Part shown: piece by piece, positions 56,630 to 64,000 of the stretch
How positions within the stretch are numbered: the stretch's first letter is position 1
Layout: each line of letters starts with the position of its first letter
Program-made: the position numbers and the translations under genes
Assembly: GCA_964019335.1 (NCBI GenBank)
Contig: OZ025683.1
Span: forward strand, 124,001 to 188,000
Reading direction: 5' to 3'
Source of the DNA: Diplonema japonicum
Lineage: Eukaryota > Protista > Euglenozoa: Diplonemea
DNA: 64,000 bases
Notes under the pieces: generated by a model
What the model was told of the DNA's origin: nothing
What the model saw: only the letters and a program-made list of their open reading frames with translations
Database searches by the model: none

Positions 56630-57999
56630 ATGCTACAACCTATCCTAAATTGGGTGTCGCCGCCGCCACCACCTGCCCGCAACCTTGCATCGGAAGAGGA
56701 GGATTGGGTGGTAATCGGTGAGGAAGGCTGCGCGGTGCGAGAAAGGGAAAATCTAACATCAAGGTTCGTGGGGGCGGTGGACACCGGCTGCACCGTACAG
56801 GTAAGCGAGGCGCGGGGGAACAGGTTGAAAATCTCCGCCCCCATCAAAGGCTGGGTGAGCATCGTCTCTGAGGCCTCAATTGTTATCCTTCGAAAAGCCG
56901 AGCCCGACGGGCTGTGCTGCCCCATAACAAAGGTCATGTTCCGGGACCCCGTTCTAGTCCCACACAGCGGCTACAGCTACGAACGCCAGGCTTTAAGCCA
57001 TTTCTGGAAAAAGACAAAAGGTGGTACACGAGACCAAGGCTGGCCTCGAGATCCCATGACCAACGTTCAGCTTCCAGACACTGCAGTCCACCCTAACATT
57101 GCGATCAGGCTTCTTATCGAAAGCTGGCTTGGTGTTAACCCAACACTCATCCCTGAAGGGTGGTCTGACAGACAGCTCCCTCCTATCCAACCATGTCTTG
57201 GTTCACCGCCTACCCAAGGCGGTCGGTTTGGAGGATATTGCCTGGGCCAGCGAATCTGTGCGGCCCATGCAGTACGGGGTCTTCGAAAAGGCGATCCGGG
57301 TGTTCAAAAGGGCGATGTGGGGGTGTTCAAAGGTCCCATCAAGCCGTACGATCGTGCGGTGGCAGAGGGGCTGGCGGAGGTTGTGTGGGACTCGTCTCCT
57401 TCATACTCATTCACCATACCCTTGAAGGTGATCGCGGTATGCGACAAAAAAAAAAAAAATCACTCCCCTCCAGCCAATGGACAAACATTGCGGGATTCTT
57501 AAAAAGATCCTTGTGGAGCAGAAGCAGAATGGGATTACTGACGTGGTATGGATTTGATTGAAATAAAAAAAAATAAAAAATAATAATAATAATAAAGGAG
57601 CTTGAGGAAAAAGTTGCGAAGCTAGCGGATGCGACTGTAGAACGCGATAGGGTCCTCGAGAGAGTTACCATGTCCACTGTGGAAAAACACGGGCAGCACA
57701 AGGGTTGGGTTAGCGAGGTCAGGGTTTGCGAAACAGTGCTTAAGCTCATGGAGGGACCCCACCTCCACAGCATGCAAGAGAGCGTGCTCGGACCTCTACA
57801 GATGGAGAGCGTACAGCGAACTATAAAAAAACTTTCGAAAACGGGCATACTCGACAGGAGTACTGCCACGGTCCAGGAGGCTTTCCCCTTCAGGGCCCGG
57901 CTCCTCCGGATTTCAGCCGCGCACAGATTCACCTCAATGTCAGCTGCTACAGCTGCAGCACTTCTTATACTTGCTACTCTGGAGGAGGTAGAGAACTGA
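56630..57999 (+). CDS. U-box domain protein with N-terminal SH3-like segment; introns 57437-57473, 57546-57597
   Basis: CPITKVMFRDPVL..GYSYERQAL..DPMTN..PNIAIRLLIESW. Introns join in frame to ORF 57670. Confidence 0.85.
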
Positions 58000-59097
58000 G
58001 AAACAGAGAGAGAGAGAGAAAAGGATCCGTTTGAGCCCCTTCGAATTGGATACTTTTGGTGGGATGGAAGAAGGGGGGGATGTTTGTTTATTCTTTTACC
58101 CCCTCTTTTTTTTGTGTTTAAAGTTGCAATTAAGTTGTTTTTTTTTTTCCCCCTGCGTGTGCGTTTTTTTTTTTTTTTTTTTTTTTTTTTCTTTTTTTTT
58201 TTTTATACGATGAAACAGAAAACATCCTTTGTTGTTTGTATTGTCAAAAAACAAAACAAAAAAAAAATCAAAACAAAAATCCCTTCCTGTGGTAGAAACC
58301 CCGATTTTGTACAATGGGTTTCGGGGGGAGAGGGGGGGAAAAAAAGAAGAAGGAAGAAAAAGAAATCTTCTTTGGATATGACGCACAAGTTTGGTGTGGT
58401 GAGGGGGGGGAAAATAATAAATATGAGGGGGGGGGAGCTTCAACCGGAAAGAGAAAAATTAAACAAAAGTCCACCCCCCCCCCCCCTCCCCCCTCTTCCT
58501 TCCCTTGCACCATTCTCATCCAGTTGTTTAGTTATGTGCTCCTGTTCTTCCTGTCGGTATACGTTTTTTTTTTAAAACTCCTTTTATTCCCCTGTGCTCT
58601 CTTTTTTTTTTTTTCTCCTCCATTTTTTCTGTTCCCTTCCCCTTCAGTCCTTGGTGTTGTCTGATACACCCCTTTGGAAGCAACCTTTCCCAGCTATCAC
58701 CATGACCCCCTTCCGACCTTTTTTTTCTTTCTTTCTTTCTTTTTTGAAGAAGAAGAAAATACGGAAGGGAAAAAGAGGAAAAAAAATAGTTTTTGGCGCT
58801 TCATTTGTTTGTGCGTACGAGTGGTATTTTACCCTAATAAAAAATAACTCATTACGCTGCCATCAACTAGTTTTTTTTTTTTTTATAGTCTCGGCAAGAA
58901 AAAAAAAAAAAAAAGAAGGGGAAAATTCAAAAAAAAAAAAAAAAAAAAACTGTGGAATTCTAGAGGACAAATCAGGTTAAAACTAACACGTGCACGGGCT
59001 GTTCTTTTTTTTTTTTTTTCTCCTTTTTCTTCTTCTTTTTTTTTTTGGACTAGCTGGTGAGCGCGAAAAACGCGAGCCTTTTAAAAAAAAAAAATAT

Positions 59098-59253
59098 GAG
59101 TTCATCCGGGTTTTAAAAAAATTTCTTTGTTTTTGATTATTTGACAAAAAAAACACAACACACAGAGATTAGAAAGTTTCCGGTGTTTTCTTTTTCTTCT
59201 TTTGCCACACAGCAGGGCCATTTTGTTGACCTTTTTTTTTTCTAGACAAACTC
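59098..59253. mobile_element. 156-bp internally deleted derivative (MITE) of the 53242-54224 element, inverted
   Basis: ATAT|GAGTTCATCCG..GACAAACTC|ATAT; both subterminal regions match the reverse complement of the ends of the larger element. Confidence 0.75.
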
Positions 59254-59689
59254 ATATCTAGTCCTTTTTTTTTTCTTGTTCTGCTTTCCTTTTCTATTTC
59301 GTCCCGTCCTCATCTTTTTTTTTTTTCCCTTTCATGAAAAGGGGTATCTTGCTGTTGGGTGAAAAAAAAAAAAAAAAAAAACCCGCCCCTTCCGAGCTCT
59401 CCTGTTGCAGGGAAGAAGGAGGAAAACGGGGGGGGGGGGGGGGGGAACTCGCCGAGTGTATTGTAGTTCGTCTCACTCTGCTTCAGTGAGTAGTCTGAGG
59501 CAGCATGTCGAAAGGGAAAGAAAAAAAGAACCTTTTTACTATTTATGGGGGGGGGGGGGACGAGCAATTTTTCATTTTTTTATATTAGATGGAAGAAAGT
59601 AGAAAAAAAAAGAATTAAGAAAAGAAAAAAAGAATTAAAACCCGGATAAAAAAAAGAAGGAAGAAACCCCCCCCCCCCCCCCCCCGGGG

Positions 59690-59864
59690 CTATGCTGGCA
59701 GGAAACGTGGAAACGTTTCCGTTCCCGTTTCCGTTTCCATACTTTTCAAAATTCTTATGGAAACGGCTTCCTTCTTAAGGAAACATAAGGAAACGTTTCC
59801 GTTTCCGTTTCCGTTTCCCCTTTTTTCAAAAAATGCATGGAAACGCGTTTCCATGCCAGCATAG
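59690..59864. mobile_element. 175-bp MITE with 8-bp CCCCGGGG target duplication (hAT-like)
   Basis: TIRs CTATGCTGGCA(-)GGAAACG / CGTTTCCATGCCAGCATAG; internal GGAAACGTTTCC palindromes and CCGTTT repeats. Confidence 0.8.
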
Positions 59865-60750
59865 CCCCGGGGGGGGGGGGGGGGGGGGGTAATAGCTGTA
59901 GGGTAATTCTCGTATTTTCGAGACTTTGAATATTTTTTTTCTCTTTTCCCCTGTTTTATTTCTTCTATTTTGCCTTCCACAATAGAAAAGGTATCGAGTG
60001 CACGCACAGAAACCTGGAGTTTTATTTTATTTTATTTTATTTTTTTAATATTGTGGGCAGTTGCATTAACACTTCTCCCCTCATTTTTTATTACAGTACA
60101 AATTACACAAAAAAAAACAAGAAAGTACCGTAGGAAGCTTAAGGAAGAGAAGGATGCTCTGGGAGAGGGAAAACCCCCTTCTTAAAAAAAAAAAATAAAG
60201 AAACTGTCTCAGCTACCTCTTTACTTTTTTTTTCTTTTTTTTTCTCCTCCTTTCTTGCTTTTCCTTCTCTCCTTTTCTCTTAACGGAGTTACTCCACCCC
60301 CCCTCCTCCCCTTCCCTTCGTCCTTCCCCTCTGGTCCCTCTAGGACAAAAAGAAAATGAAGAGGGAGAGGGGGAACGAAAGAAGATGGTATTAGAAAGTA
60401 TTTCTAGTAGGTCATTGCTAAACAGTTTTCAATGGTGATTCCCCCCACCCCCCCTTTCTCTTTTTCTATGTGGTTATACTGGTACATTTTTTTTTTTTTT
60501 TTTCCATCCTAATTATTTTTTTTCCCCTTTTTATCTGTTATCTCTTTCGTTATAACTCCCTCTGAGGGATCATACTCCTTCTCCCTGATTAGGGATTTTT
60601 TTTTTTTTTTTTTTTTTTTTCCTCCATATATTTCACTACTCCGCCGCGCTATTTATCCCCACATTTCTCGAAATTCTTCTTTTTTGTTGTTTTTTTTTTT
60701 GTTTTTTTTTTTTCCTCACGTAAAAAAAAAGAGGGGGGGGGGAAAAACCC

Positions 60751-61593
60751 ATGAGCACAAAACCGAGAGGAGCTGAAAGCGAAGGCCAGTTGAAGAAAAG
60801 GGTTATTTCATCATATGGGGCGCCTGCAGAAGGAACCGTGGTGGTGAAGGCGAGTGAATTTATGCAGTGGAAGAATTTAATCGAATCTATGGAGAGGGAC
60901 AAGGCGAAAGCCACGGAGGTGGCTATGAACAAGGAAAAGCTGATGCGCAGCGCGGCAGAAAGAAAGGCTAAAATGATGGCCATCGACGAAGAAAAACGAG
61001 CAGCAGGCACAATCGAACCTATTGAGGACCTGGCAGAAAAGGTCTCCTCCAAAGAAACCCTCTCAAAGGCCCAACTCAAACTGGACGAAGAACTAGATGA
61101 AGTAAAATACATGAATAAAATCATGCTATATACCAAATGCGTCACAATTCGTGATGCTCAGATCAACGAGAAAAAAGCAATCGGGTTCGAGCGAGCGGAG
61201 GACGAGAAACAACTAGATATCATGATGGAAGTCGAACGGCTAAAAGCCCTCAAGATGTACGAGGAGCGCGAACAAAAACGGATCGAAAACAGAAAACGCG
61301 GCGCCGCCGTCATTCGCGCACAAATAGAAGAACGTGAACAGGAAAGGCTGCGTCGCTTGGAACTTAAACAACAAGAACAGGTTTAAAAAAAAAGGGGGGG
61401 GAAAGAAAAAAAATTTTTTCTGAAACAGGAGGCGATGTTACGTCATATCGAAAGGATGAAGGACGACGACAGGAAGGAGGGTTTGAAAAAGAAAGAAGCG
61501 GCGAAGAGGCTCATGGAGGACGTAGCGCTTGCTAACGCGGAACAGATAAGGCTGAAGAACAGACAGCGAGAAGTGGAACAGGTTTTTTTTTTT

Positions 61594-61625
<32 letters not shown>

Positions 61626-62342
61626 TTTCCCACCTTCTCACTAAACCACAGGCTGAAGACAGACGCAGGTCAGAATACATCAAAGAAAAGGACGCAAGAG
61701 AACAGGAGATCCAAGCCGAGCACGAAAGGGTTAAAAGCGAAAAAGAACGTGAAATCGCTCGCCTCCGCTCCCTACAAGAAAAGGCTCAAGACAAGCAAGC
61801 TGAACTCGACGCCCTTCGAGCGAGACGCGCACAAGAAGCTGCCGAACGGGAATTCCGCCAAAAGGAAAAAGAAGCCATTGCAAGGGTCACCGCAATCAAC
61901 GCCGATCTCGCCCGGGCGAGACAGTCTCAGAAGCTTGAAAAGGAACAGACTCTCACGGAACAAGCGAAGCTTGAGAACGAGGAGTTCGAGAGGATCATTG
62001 CTGTCCAAAGGCAGTGGGACAGCCAGGAGCAGTCAAAGAAGGAGCTGGAGAAGGAACGCAGACTCAAGAACGCCGAAGATCTCCGCATGCAGATCGAGGA
62101 GATGGAGGAATTGCGTAAAAAGGAAAGACGAGGGTTCTTGGAGGAGGGCAACAGGCTCAAAGCCCAGAGGCTTGCTGACGAACAGAAAATCGAGTTGATA
62201 AGAGAGGTATGGAGGGGAAAAAAAAAAAGAAATCTCCCTACAGCGTAAAATCCACGAGCTCAACAACTGTGCTGTTCCTGAGAAATATCGCAATGAGCTT
62301 CTCAAAAAGAAAAATATCGAGCCGCTCAGACCCAGTAAATAA
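60751..62342 (+). CDS. CFAP45: Cilia- and flagella-associated protein 45 (CCDC19); introns 61381-61428, 61582-61651, 62207-62243
   Basis: DEVKYMNKIMLYTKCVTIRDAQINEK, EKEREIARLRSLQEKAQDKQAELDALRARRAQE and VPEKYRNEL. Confidence 0.9.
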
Positions 62343-62763
62343 AAAAAAAAAAAATGAAAGGGTGGTGGGGTAAGGGAGAGAGAGAGTTTTTGTTCATATA
62401 TGTGTGTTTTTTAGTAACGGGGAAGGAGGAAAAAAAAGAAGAAATGATGATGTTTATAGGTTTTTTTATTATCCCCCCATCTCCCCCCCCCCCCCCCCCC
62501 CACTTCTGACGGCGTGCCGCGAAAACGACGACAAAGAAGAACGGAAAAAAAAGAAGAAAAAAACCTGCAAAGGGGGGAGCGGCCATTTGACCCGTCCTTT
62601 TAAATATTTCCCATTACCCTTTTTTTTTCCCTCCCCCCCCTGATTTTTTTTGTATTGTTCCCCCCTCAATTTCTTTTTTTTAAAAAACCCCCCCCGTAAT
62701 TTACTTTGAGGGAAAAAAAAAAAAGAACAAGAAAACAAAAAAAAAGAAGAAAAAAATGCAAGT

Positions 62764-64000
62764 ATGACGCTTCTTGATGTCAAGGTAGCAGTATGGCCTG
62801 CAGACAAGTTTTTAGAGGAAAAGGTACAGGGCCAGCTGTTTCAAGACACATTGTCGGTTTTGAACCCAACCCACATGGTCGCCTTGATAGAGAGCAGGCT
62901 GCAGAAAGGCGGGGTCCCCCTCGCTGTCGGCAGGGTGGAGTACTACGATGAAGCGATCCAAAAATGGATGGACCTAATACCTGATCACGATTTGGCGAAG
63001 TTCAGCCAACCGGTCAAGATGAGGGTGTGGTCACGACGCAGAAAGTTTCTGTGCAAGGTGTATCCTTTGAGGGGAACGGTGTCCAACTACGCCCCTAGAA
63101 GCGTTTCGTTTTTCGCGCTGAACCTGAAAGAATTTGAAGACGAACTTCGGGCAAGACTTCCCCCGTCTGAACAAGATTTCAAAGATATCCTTCACAACGA
63201 CCCACGGACGGGGTGGGTTCTTTTAGAAACCCTTTCTGACATACCTGTTGATGCTGTTTACTCGGAGTTAAAACTGATCCCGAAAGAAAATTCACTGGCC
63301 ACCACTGAACGCAGAGAAGAATCACCCCTCCCACCGGACTTATCCAACTACAACGAAACACAAAAATTACAGCACATCATCGCATTGGAATCCGCGAGAA
63401 AAAAACACGATGAAGATAAACAAAGCGCGTCCGAAAAATACCTTCAAACCGTTAAGGAAAAAGACAAATCGGAAGATCGATCCTGGATGCCAACAAGGCT
63501 GTCTGTAAAACCTATGCTTCACACCACTGCAGAAGTCTCGTATTTACACAACGAGCAAATTCGAAACGCGTCTTCAGAAGGAAGGATCGAGGACCATTCA
63601 AAAAGGTTTCCGGACCCGAACAGAGATGAATGCTGCTACCCAGGTTCCGGACAGGTTCATTCTATGGAAAGCAGTGGACACGGGGATTTGAAAAGACAGG
63701 TTATTTCTTATATTAGAACGCTTCTTCAAGATGTTAATTCCCCGCTGGTCGAGTATCTGTCGCCAAGAGGGCTTCCTACCAATGACCTTGTTAATGTGAC
63801 CGCGCTTGTAGCTCATCATTTTTTGGTGAGATCTCCCTGTCGGCCTGGATTTGCGCTGTCTCCGGAGGATAAGGCGCACATTCACAGCCTTATGGCACAT
63901 GTTTTGTTGGAGCTACCTCATAACAAGAACAAAACTGCTGAGATGGCAGAGTTAGCAAGAGCTGAGGCGCGTTCACCTCCACCACAGCGGAATGTGAGCT
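62764..64000 (+). CDS. Hypothetical protein, truncated by window end
   Basis: Frame from ATG 62764 (MTLLDVKVAVWPAD...) appears open to the window end. Confidence 0.7.
   Translation, partial: MTLLDVKVAVWPADKFLEEKVQGQLFQDTLSVLNPTHMVALIESRLQKGGVPLAVGRVEYYDEAIQKWMDLIPDHDLAKFSQPVKMRVWSRRRKFLCKVYPLRGTVSNYAPRSVSFFALNLKEFEDELRARLPPSEQDFKDILHNDPRTGWVLLETLSDIPVDAVYSELKLIPKENSLATTERREESPLPPDLSNYNETQKLQHIIALESARKKHDEDKQSASEKYLQTVKEKDKSEDRSWMPTRLSVKPMLHTTAEVSYLHNEQIRNASSEGRIEDHSKRFPDPNRDECCYPGSGQVHSMESSGHGDLKRQVISYIRTLLQDVNSPLVEYLSPRGLPTNDLVNVTALVAHHFLVRSPCRPGFALSPEDKAHIHSLMAHVLLELPHNKNKTAEMAELARAEARSPPPQRNVS

Noticed and set aside
58000-60750. tRNA/rRNA genes or a strand-switch region in the long spacer
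   Set aside because: No cloverleaf or rRNA motif was recognised, and genes on both sides are on the same strand.
12247-62342. Flagellar gene cluster (dynein HC, roadblock, CCDC17, CFAP45)
   Set aside because: The genes are interspersed with unrelated ones, and four of about 30 is plausible by chance in a flagellate.

Overview
Gene-dense eukaryotic (protist) genomic DNA. I read about 30 protein-coding genes, all on the + strand. They are separated by spacers rich in A, T, G and C homopolymers, with pyrimidine-tract+AG sites shortly upstream of many start codons. About 25 very short (27-75 nt) GT-AG introns can be reconstructed by restoring conserved reading frames. Unidirectional gene clusters, candidate trans-splice acceptors and cis-introns together suggest a euglenozoan, probably a diplonemid (inference). 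Recognisable genes: Ulp1/SENP protease with RAMA-like and PHD domains, kinesin with PH-like and Ada2-type SWIRM tail, axonemal dynein heavy chain, CAF-1 large-subunit-like, roadblock light chain, torsin-like AAA+ ATPase next to a LAP1/LULL1-like membrane protein, secreted beta-helix protein, Tma17-like, EEP hydrolase, RNB nuclease, BAP31, bL20m, CCDC17-like, DYRK kinase, RING and U-box proteins, and CFAP45. Mobile DNA: a decayed piggyBac, a GAG..CTC TIR element with a short derivative, and a 175-bp MITE. The most notable observations are the adjacent torsin/LAP1-like pair and introns that are almost pure poly(A) with no pyrimidine tract. All assignments come from motif recognition by eye; no searches were run.
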